Assembly (NCBI GenBank): GCA_964617235.1
Contig: CAZTVY010000001.1
Location: 1-39,072 of the forward strand
Reading direction: 5' to 3'
Source: an uncultured Rikenellaceae bacterium
GTDB lineage: Bacteria > Bacteroidota > Bacteroidia > Bacteroidales > Tenuifilaceae
DNA: 39,072 nt
The notes below the pieces were generated by a model. That model had not been told where the DNA came from, did not search any database, and saw nothing but the letters and a program-made list of their open reading frames with translations. Numbering within the stretch: position 1 is the first letter of the stretch; each line of letters starts with the position of its first letter. The position numbers and the translations under genes were made by a program. Positions 18,532-27,537 of the stretch are shown in pieces.

Positions 18532-18564
18532 AACTCTGTCAGGGTTTTAAACCCTGACAGAGTT
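18532..18564. repeat. Perfect 16-bp inverted repeat, REP-like
   Basis: AACTCTGTCAGGGTTT-T-AAACCCTGACAGAGTT in the divergent upxY/tetR intergenic region. Confidence 0.75.
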
Positions 18565-18706
18565 GCTCATTGGATAAATGTGTAATTCATTAATGGAAAC
18601 TATATAAAACAAGTATCAACAAAAACTAATCAAATTTTGTGTTGAATAGTTTATATTGATTGTAAGGCAATGGGTTAGACATGAAAAATTTTTGACAAAA
18701 AACTTG

Positions 18707-18736
18707 ATTAACAATGTTAATTTTATTAACATTGTT
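18707..18736. promoter_or_regulatory. Candidate double operator for the TetR-fusion regulator
   Basis: Palindrome ATTAACA-A-TGTTAAT (18707-18721), repeated as ATTAACATTGTT 18 bp later. Together they also form the perfect IR AACAATGTTAAT-TTT-ATTAACATTGTT. Confidence 0.6.
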
Positions 18737-18768
18737 TTTCTTTTCCATAAAACATTGCCTCTTCCACA

Positions 18769-19848
18769 ATGAAGAACAAAATTATCCAGGAGAAAAGAAT
18801 GAGGGGTTACTTCATTCAAGCAGCTAAGGAAATCCTTAAGGGGGAAGGATTGGATAGCATTAGCGTTCGTAACATTGCCGACCAAGCAGGTTACTCATAT
18901 GCAACTCTTTATAACTATTTTAAGGACGTAAAGGATTTAATTTTTGAGTGTATAAAGGATTTTCAGGAGGAGTGCGAAGAGTTTGTCATCAAAGAAACAA
19001 AAAACTCGCCGCGAGGAACCGAGAAAATAAAGGATATCACCAAGGCCTACGTGAAGTATTTTGTTGAGTATCCTGGGGTATTTGAACTTTTTTTCTTGGA
19101 AAAAATCTCCGAAATTGAGAATAAGCAACCCACATCGGAGTTAATATGCTCATTCCTCGATAGACTTTGCGAAGAGGAGTGGAAATACTGTACAAAGGAA
19201 GAAATTGTTGGCATTGGTTCCGCCGATAAGATGCGTACAATCCTGAAATATCAAATTCCAGGATTACTGCTGCTTTACCTCAATAGGCATTATCCGCCCG
19301 ATTATAAAGAGTTCTTAAGTTTGGTGGACCGTCAACTGGAGAAAATAATTAAGGCCGAAACATCAGCCAAAACTCCAAGTTTATTCGAGCCCGATATCCT
19401 AAACTTTATTTTTGAAGACGATTCCAATAGGTTAATATTTATACACTATACCAAGGACGAGTACACTGCTCGCAAAATTATTCAGGAGGGATTTAGATAT
19501 ACTGAAACATTCTACAATACTGCAGAGCAGGTGGTTAACGATAAACTCGATTTGATGTACAAGCACAATATGTACAAGTATTACGGTAATTATGTGGTTA
19601 TTATTGCAATTACCCGAGAGTTGTTTACCTACTATGCCAACGAAGTTAAATCTAGAGGAATTAACATCTATATTGAAAATATTTTTAGCGAAACACCCCC
19701 ATCGCTAAATGAGAATGAGGATAAAGTTTTTACATTGCCCAATCAATTCATCAAGGGTTATGTAAATTATGAGAATGGGAGCATTGTGTTCAACTCAAAC
19801 TTCAACCCTTCTTACAACTCGCCTATTTTTGAGAAGAATTTAGAGTAG
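18769..19848 (+). CDS. TetR family regulator with an extra ~150-aa C-terminal domain
   Basis: HTH SVRNIADQAGYSYATLYNYFKD; TetR-sized part ends near aa 195; linker AETSAKTPS; then a second globular domain. Confidence 0.85.
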   Translation: MKNKIIQEKRMRGYFIQAAKEILKGEGLDSISVRNIADQAGYSYATLYNYFKDVKDLIFECIKDFQEECEEFVIKETKNSPRGTEKIKDITKAYVKYFVEYPGVFELFFLEKISEIENKQPTSELICSFLDRLCEEEWKYCTKEEIVGIGSADKMRTILKYQIPGLLLLYLNRHYPPDYKEFLSLVDRQLEKIIKAETSAKTPSLFEPDILNFIFEDDSNRLIFIHYTKDEYTARKIIQEGFRYTETFYNTAEQVVNDKLDLMYKHNMYKYYGNYVVIIAITRELFTYYANEVKSRGINIYIENIFSETPPSLNENEDKVFTLPNQFIKGYVNYENGSIVFNSNFNPSYNSPIFEKNLE

Positions 19849-19851
19849 TAA

Positions 19852-20574
19852 CTATTTCAGTTTGCTGAAAAACATTGTAATTGACATCCAGTAATCCTTG
19901 CTTGAAGGATTGCTCTTCCATAGCGCCTTTGAGCCGTGTTTACCATCATCGGTTGGGCAATGGAATATTTTAAGCGATGGCTTAATATCCCCGGCAAGTT
20001 CTTTTACAGTATTACACTCCTCCTTCGAAGAAAGTAAAAGGATAGGAACTGATATTTTTGATATTTTCGATTTGATAAAATCGTCTTCACCAAAGTATTC
20101 TCCAGGAGAGAAAACTACAGCAGCCTTAATCCGAAGGTTTTTTGCAGTTTCAATTAATGCAAGTGATGCGGAATAGGAACTTCCCCAAATAACAATGGGC
20201 AAATCTGTTTTGCTTTTGATAAAGTCTAAAGCAGCATCAATATCTTGAATTGCATCAAGATATTCAACGGATAATCCCTTCTCCTTGGCCAGTTTTGCAG
20301 TTTCATTTTTAATGTAATTCACCTCATAACCAGAGCGTTGGTCTATTGCCAAACAGTTGTAACCAAGTTTTGTTAAGCGTGGAGCAATTTCACGGTACTC
20401 GCCACGGCTATAACCTGCCTGATGTAAAAGCAGTATATAGGGCTTGTTGATATCTGCAACGTACAAATCGGCCGTAATGGTTAGCCCATCCTTTGAAGGG
20501 AATGTAATGGTTTGCTGCGTAAAGCCTGTTAACGTAGAGAACACAGCAAGCACAAGGGTTATTAAACCTCTCAT
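19852..20574 (-). CDS. Secreted alpha/beta hydrolase (dienelactone hydrolase-like)
   Basis: Signal peptide; LLLHQAG, AIDQRSG, nucleophile elbow WGSSYSAS, FSPGEY and GKHGS. Confidence 0.82.
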   Translation of the reverse strand: MRGLITLVLAVFSTLTGFTQQTITFPSKDGLTITADLYVADINKPYILLLHQAGYSRGEYREIAPRLTKLGYNCLAIDQRSGYEVNYIKNETAKLAKEKGLSVEYLDAIQDIDAALDFIKSKTDLPIVIWGSSYSASLALIETAKNLRIKAAVVFSPGEYFGEDDFIKSKISKISVPILLLSSKEECNTVKELAGDIKPSLKIFHCPTDDGKHGSKALWKSNPSSKDYWMSITMFFSKLK

Positions 20575-20578
20575 CTAT

Positions 20579-20836
20579 TTAAAATGTTTGAGTAAGCGAT
20601 TCGGCAATTATAGTAACAACATCCTCGTTTACCTCAACAAATCCACCAGCAGGTATATTAAAAAGCAATTCCGCCCCATCGTTCCGTATTACCCTAACAA
20701 TTCCTGGTTCTAATGATGATACGATGGGTGCGTGCTTTTGAAGTATTCCAAAAGAACCCTTACTTCCTGGTACTTGAATGTACTGGGTATCATCAATTAA
20801 ATAGGAGTTCTCAGGTGAAATTAGGTCACACTTCAT
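20579..20836 (-). CDS. atpC: F0F1 ATP synthase subunit epsilon (N-terminal beta domain only)
   Basis: ISPE...VPG.KGSFGIL.KHAPIVSSL..G...GGFVEV, directly after atpD. Confidence 0.9.
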   Translation of the reverse strand: MKCDLISPENSYLIDDTQYIQVPGSKGSFGILQKHAPIVSSLEPGIVRVIRNDGAELLFNIPAGGFVEVNEDVVTIIAESLTQTF

Positions 20837-20849
20837 AGTATCAACTTAA

Positions 20850-22373
<1,524 letters not shown>

Positions 22374-22383
22374 TCAGTATACT

Positions 22384-22391
22384 CAAAGTTA
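22384..22391 (-). promoter_or_regulatory. -7 element (TAACTTTG) for atpD
   Basis: Plus strand CAAAGTTA, 22 nt upstream of the atpD start. Confidence 0.6.
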
Positions 22392-22460
22392 CTAACTAAT
22401 GTGGAAAAAACACCCTAAATAAACATCATTTTGACGGGAAGTGCAATCAAAAGTTAATAT

Positions 22461-25400
22461 TTATTTTTTGGATGAATAATTCCCTATAAAAAGTTTAAAA
22501 CCGTTATCAATTTCAGATCTTAAATCTACTTGACCATAAATTGATGCTATATTACTTAGCTCACTCAATGTTTGTAAACTAACCCTATAATCGTAGTCAA
22601 AATAACCTTGGAATCGAGGTTCAAGACTATCGATATACTTTAACTTTTGAATCAGTATATTATTATATTTTTTTACTATGGCATTAGCCTTCTCTGTTTG
22701 ATTTAATTTATAGTAATTCTCAGCTATTCCAATCATAAAGAAATCGTAAGGATATTTCTCGTGTGGCATTAAGTCAGTAACTTTATTGAGGACATTCAAT
22801 GCCGAATCCTTTTTATTCTCCTCAATTAACTGACTTGCCAATCTGTTAAATGTATTTCTTAACTTTAAAACCATAGCCGTACGTTGGTTGTTGTGGTCGA
22901 TAAATACATCGGGCTCATTCATTCTGCCCCACTTGAAGGTGCTCATCAACTTTTCATAGAGAATATCATTATCAATTCTACCTATTGAAAGGAAGTCGGC
23001 AGGTGTGGTTTTTATAGGAACAAGTCTATAAGCAAACCCATCGTGTTGTAGGTATTCCGAAAGACCAACATCCCCATCGCCGTGAGGAGAAACAAAGTAG
23101 ATTGGACGCTCCCAGTTGTTATTTGCGATGATTTCAAGAATCATCATTGCAGCCTTTTGAATATGAGAGCCCTTAATGGTCCACTCCATTGTTGGAACAA
23201 TTAATGACTCGTCCTTTGCTTTAACTATTCCACTCGATAGAACTTTTTCTTTATTAACAGTTAACTTAAGTTTATTTGTGGGTATGTAAGGAAGTGGGCT
23301 TTCACCTGGCACTTGAAGTTTAGTGTTTGCATCATCACTAGCAAGAAATGTCATTATATTCTTAAGCTCAACTGCCTCGTTAATTCGGCTGTATATGTAG
23401 ACAATATCGCGAGTTCCCTGAACATATTTACTGTGATCCATTGATATAGGAACAGGTGCGGATTCATAGCACTTCATCTTCATTTGGTCGATATACCAAT
23501 CGGTTCCAAGTAAACTTAAGTTAACAATTCTAACATCGGTTCTAATTCCCTCAACCTCTTGAGCGTACCAAAGCGGGAAAGTATCGTTATCTCCATTAGT
23601 GAATAGAATTGCATTGGGTGGGCATGAATTTAGGTAGTTAGCGGCAAAATCGCGCGCAGTGTAACGGCCAGACCTATCATGGTCATCCCAATTCTGAGTA
23701 GCCATAATTAGTGGAACAGACATACACAGAACTCCTGCCGCACTAGCAGCAGTTGTTTCAGTAAGTATTTTTTTAGACCATTCATAAACGGCCAAAACAC
23801 CCAATCCAATCCAAATTGTAAAGGCGTAAAAAGAACCAGCATAAGCATAATCGCGCTCACGGGGTTGCAAAGGATACTGGTTGAGATAAATAACAATTGC
23901 TAAACCTGTTAAGAAGAACAGCATGAAAACCACAAAAAAGTTTCTTTTATCTTTTCTTAAAACCAATTGATAGTAAATACCAATAAGTCCAAGAATTAAA
24001 GGAAGGAAAAAGTAAGTATTGCGTGATGGATGGTTTTTCATGTCATCGGTAAGTGCATTCTGATTACCAACAAAAATCCTATCAACTGGTTTAATACCGC
24101 TAATCCAATTTCCATTCTCAATACCACCATGGCTTTGAACATCATCTTGCCGACCAACAAAGTTCCACATAAAGTAGCGAATGTACATATGGCCAACCTG
24201 ATAACGGAAAAAGAAAATTAGATTTTCTCCAAATGTCGGTTTATAACGTGTTTCGGTTTCGCCATTTCTGTTTTGAATCTTAATTGGAGTCCCTTCTACC
24301 ATACCCCAGTCCTTATACTGCTCAACATGATCCTCAGCAGGACTGTACATTCTGGGAAATATTGTTTTAAATCTACTGTCGAATTCGTAATTGGTCTTTA
24401 ACCAAGTCTCCTCGTACCGTCCATTTTTTTGTGTTCTTGTATTTTTTTCTTTGGAGTCTGTTACTGGAGCATTATAATACTGGCCATATATAAGTGGACG
24501 GTCTCCATACTGCTCTCGGTTTAGGTAACTGATTAGAGAAAATACATGCGATGGGTTATTCTCATTAATTGGAGTGTTTGCCCTTGCTCTAATTAAAATC
24601 ATTGCATACGAAGAGTATCCAATTAGAATAACAGTGACAACAAGCAGAGCAGTGTTAAAAATTGAGTGATTTCGTTTGTGAGTATAAAGTATTCCGAGGG
24701 TTAATGCTCCAAAAACTAGAATAAGATAGAATACAAATCCTGTGAAGTAGGGTAAACCAAAACCATTCACAAACAAAAGTTCAAACAAAGAGCCAAGTTT
24801 GAAAAGGCCAGGAATAATAACATATAAAATGGTTAAAAGAATCACTGATGATATGGCTAGAGTTACAATAATGCCATTTCGGGTGGTTTTATACTTACGG
24901 AAATAGTAAACAAATGCAATTGCAGGTATGGTAAGCAGATTGAGCAGGTGAACGCCAATGGAAAGACCCATCATGTAGGCGATAAAAATCAGCCAGCGAT
25001 TAGCGAAAGGCTCATCGGCAACATCTTCCCACTTAAGAATTGCCCAAACTACAATGGCGGTAAAGAACGATGACATTGCATAAACCTCACCCTCCACTGC
25101 TGAAAACCAGAACGTATCGGAGAAAGTATAGGCCAATGCGCCAACAGTTCCGCTTGCAATAATGGCAACCATTTTTGACATAGATATGCTTTCCTCACCC
25201 TTAACAATTAACTTGCGGGCCAAGTGAGTAATTGTCCAGAAAAGGAAAAGAATTGTAAATGCGCTAAGCAAGCCCGACATTGCGTTTACCATTAATGCAA
25301 CCTGCGATGGTTCATTAGCAAATAGCGCAAAAAATCTTGCTATCAACATAAATAATGGTGCTCCTGGAGGATGTCCAACCTCAAGTTTAAATGCCGTTGC

Positions 25401-25520
25401 AATAAATTCTCCACAATCCCAAAAACTGGCGGTTGACTCAATGGTCATTAAGTAAACCAGGGCTGAAACGGCAAAAACTATCCACCCTGCAATGTTGTTA
25501 ACTCGCTTAAACGTATTCAT
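22461..25520 (-). CDS. DUF2723 family multi-pass membrane protein (TMEM260-like GT-C glycosyltransferase)
   Basis: SFWDCGEFIA...HPPGAPLF, FWFSAVEGEVYA, GLSIGVHL, QPRERDYAY and FTNGDNDTFPLWY motifs. Confidence 0.88.
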   Translation of the reverse strand: MNTFKRVNNIAGWIVFAVSALVYLMTIESTASFWDCGEFIATAFKLEVGHPPGAPLFMLIARFFALFANEPSQVALMVNAMSGLLSAFTILFLFWTITHLARKLIVKGEESISMSKMVAIIASGTVGALAYTFSDTFWFSAVEGEVYAMSSFFTAIVVWAILKWEDVADEPFANRWLIFIAYMMGLSIGVHLLNLLTIPAIAFVYYFRKYKTTRNGIIVTLAISSVILLTILYVIIPGLFKLGSLFELLFVNGFGLPYFTGFVFYLILVFGALTLGILYTHKRNHSIFNTALLVVTVILIGYSSYAMILIRARANTPINENNPSHVFSLISYLNREQYGDRPLIYGQYYNAPVTDSKEKNTRTQKNGRYEETWLKTNYEFDSRFKTIFPRMYSPAEDHVEQYKDWGMVEGTPIKIQNRNGETETRYKPTFGENLIFFFRYQVGHMYIRYFMWNFVGRQDDVQSHGGIENGNWISGIKPVDRIFVGNQNALTDDMKNHPSRNTYFFLPLILGLIGIYYQLVLRKDKRNFFVVFMLFFLTGLAIVIYLNQYPLQPRERDYAYAGSFYAFTIWIGLGVLAVYEWSKKILTETTAASAAGVLCMSVPLIMATQNWDDHDRSGRYTARDFAANYLNSCPPNAILFTNGDNDTFPLWYAQEVEGIRTDVRIVNLSLLGTDWYIDQMKMKCYESAPVPISMDHSKYVQGTRDIVYIYSRINEAVELKNIMTFLASDDANTKLQVPGESPLPYIPTNKLKLTVNKEKVLSSGIVKAKDESLIVPTMEWTIKGSHIQKAAMMILEIIANNNWERPIYFVSPHGDGDVGLSEYLQHDGFAYRLVPIKTTPADFLSIGRIDNDILYEKLMSTFKWGRMNEPDVFIDHNNQRTAMVLKLRNTFNRLASQLIEENKKDSALNVLNKVTDLMPHEKYPYDFFMIGIAENYYKLNQTEKANAIVKKYNNILIQKLKYIDSLEPRFQGYFDYDYRVSLQTLSELSNIASIYGQVDLRSEIDNGFKLFIGNYSSKK

Positions 25521-25562
25521 CTGAGGTCCTTATTTTAAGTTCATTTTATTGTTGCCAAACAG

Positions 25563-25570
25563 CAAAAGTA
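25563..25570 (-). promoter_or_regulatory. -7 element (TACTTTTG) for the DUF2723 gene
   Basis: Plus strand CAAAAGTA. Confidence 0.5.
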
Positions 25571-25859
25571 GAATATTTTGGGTATTAATAGGTTTACCGC
25601 ATTTAAATCTTTGTTAAAAAAAATGAAGAAGAAGGAAAAGGCGAATTTAGATTGTAAAATTTCAAACAAAGACCTTGGTTCAAAATCTGCGAAAAATTTG
25701 TAGAAAAAAGCTGAACATATGAGACTTTTATCAGTAGAAAATAACATTAACGCAATTTATAATGAGCAAATTACCCATAATGCGTAACCGATATAAAGTA
25801 TAATCGTAAAATCATTTTAATTTAAAATTTGTTTAGGTGTAAATGAACCTTTTTTGGAT

Positions 25860-25888
25860 TTTGCAATCGAATAATTGAATTAACTTTG
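25860..25888 (+). promoter_or_regulatory. Sigma-A promoter for the SUI1 operon
   Basis: TTTG at 25860-25863, then TAACTTTG at 25881-25888. Confidence 0.6.
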
Positions 25889-25908
25889 CACCCCATTTTT
25901 TGATGATT

Positions 25909-26253
25909 ATGGCAGAAAAACAGGACTGGAAACAAAAATTAAGTTTTGCATACTCCACCAACCCTGACTATAAACCAGAGGAAGAGGAGACGCAAATTGA
26001 ACAACGTGCACCAAGCCAGCAAAACCTACTGGTTACCTTTGAGCGTAAGCATAGAGGAGGCAAATCCGTTACGCTTATTAAAAACTTTGTTGGTAGTGTG
26101 GATGAAATGGAGAGCCTTTGCAAAAAAATAAAAACCAAATGCGGTGTTGGTGGCTCGGTTAAAGATGATGAGATACTCATACAGGGCGAAATAAAGCAAA
26201 AAGTTGCTGATTTGCTTAAGGAGTGGGGATATAGAGTGAAAGTTTCGGGTTGA
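25909..26253 (+). CDS. yciH: Translation initiation factor SUI1 family protein
   Basis: YSTNPDY; RGGKSVTLI, KTKCGVGGSVKD and IQG motifs. Start could be 25903 or 25909. Confidence 0.9.
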   Translation: MAEKQDWKQKLSFAYSTNPDYKPEEEETQIEQRAPSQQNLLVTFERKHRGGKSVTLIKNFVGSVDEMESLCKKIKTKCGVGGSVKDDEILIQGEIKQKVADLLKEWGYRVKVSG

Positions 26254-26273
26254 TAATTTTTAAATATTAAGCA

Positions 26274-27533
26274 ATGAACTATTTAAAATCGTTTATTTCT
26301 ATTCTCTTGTATTTTGTACTAAACAATTTATATGCTGATACACTAACAATTATGCATTATAACCTAATGTATTACGATAAGAATGTATATGGGTGTAACA
26401 GTGAAACAAATAATGTTGATAGTAAGGATGGCTACCTGAGAACCATTATAAACTTCGTAAAACCTGATATTTTCACTGTTAATGAATTAAATACATCAAC
26501 GGCTAGTTCTGAGAGAATTAAAACAAATGTTCTGAATATAAATGGAGAAACGAAGTATTTAAGAGCAAATACCTCTGGTAGTTATATTTCAAATATGATA
26601 TACTATAATTCAGAGAAGTTAGTTTTAAAATCGCAAGCAGAAGTAGCAACATCTCCAAGAATTACAGATGTTTATACCCTCTATTTAAAGACAGAATCCA
26701 TTTCAACTGGAGATACAATTTTTTTAACCTGTTTTGTTATTCATATGGATGGTGGGGCAGTCGGAACGGATTCGTCATCTCGAGCCTCGTCTTCACTAAA
26801 AATTATGAATTATATAGAACAAAAGAATATTTCTGGGAATATTTTACTGCTCGGTGATTTAAACTTGTATACATTTAAAGAAGGAGCATATATTAATTTA
26901 ACTACACCCGTTGGAGCAAACAATTTTAGATTTTACGACCCAATTGATAAAGAAGGTAAATGGAGTAGTAATTCAACTTTCAGTTACATTCATACTCAAT
27001 CAACTCACACTACTAGTAATGGTTGTTTTATAACAGGAGGTATGGATGATAGATTTGACTTCATTCTATCGTCAATAGATATTTTAAATTATTCAAAAGG
27101 GCTTAAATATTATAGCTATAAAGCAGTTGCTCAAGATGGTAATAGATACAATCAATCTCTCTTATCGCCAGAAAACAAAAGCGTTCCCTCTGAGGTATTA
27201 AATGCGCTTTACAATATGTCAGACCATCTTCCTGTTGAGATGAAGTTAGTCTATACCAACAATACAACCTCGGTTCAAAGCAACGATTATGGAAACAAAA
27301 TTATTTACAACAACCCAGCCCCTGAGAAACTTAGAATATTGCTGAATAGTGAAACTGAATCAATTTCATCGGTTAATATTTTTAGTATTATTGGGCAGAG
27401 GGTAATTTCCAATAGATATTCCGATAATAGCAAGGAGGTAGAAATTTCTACAACTGATATTAACTCGAAAATTTTTATTGTAGAAGTTATATTATCAAAT
27501 GGTTACCGCAAAACATTTAAAGTGTTAAAATAA
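26274..27533 (+). CDS. Endonuclease/exonuclease/phosphatase (EEP) family protein with T9SS C-terminal sorting domain
   Basis: Signal peptide; MHYNL, PDIFTVNE, LLGDLN, DRFDFI and SDHLPV; C-terminal YNNPA...IFSIIGQ...FKVLK. Confidence 0.85.
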   Translation: MNYLKSFISILLYFVLNNLYADTLTIMHYNLMYYDKNVYGCNSETNNVDSKDGYLRTIINFVKPDIFTVNELNTSTASSERIKTNVLNINGETKYLRANTSGSYISNMIYYNSEKLVLKSQAEVATSPRITDVYTLYLKTESISTGDTIFLTCFVIHMDGGAVGTDSSSRASSSLKIMNYIEQKNISGNILLLGDLNLYTFKEGAYINLTTPVGANNFRFYDPIDKEGKWSSNSTFSYIHTQSTHTTSNGCFITGGMDDRFDFILSSIDILNYSKGLKYYSYKAVAQDGNRYNQSLLSPENKSVPSEVLNALYNMSDHLPVEMKLVYTNNTTSVQSNDYGNKIIYNNPAPEKLRILLNSETESISSVNIFSIIGQRVISNRYSDNSKEVEISTTDINSKIFIVEVILSNGYRKTFKVLK

Positions 27534-27537
27534 GCAG

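Noticed and set aside
18616-18885. 89-aa minus-strand ORF as a upxZ or leader peptide
   Set aside because: Overlaps the tetR start and operator antisense, lies upstream rather than downstream of upxY, and has no UpxZ resemblance.
13000-20000. Prophage, ICE, CRISPR or classical defence island
   Set aside because: No integrase, transposase, phage genes, att-like direct repeats or repeat-spacer array seen; only a TA pair.
25541-25859. Long intergenic region and 68-aa ORF as ncRNA or small gene
   Set aside because: No tRNA fold, riboswitch motif or strong hairpin seen; consistent with divergent promoter DNA.
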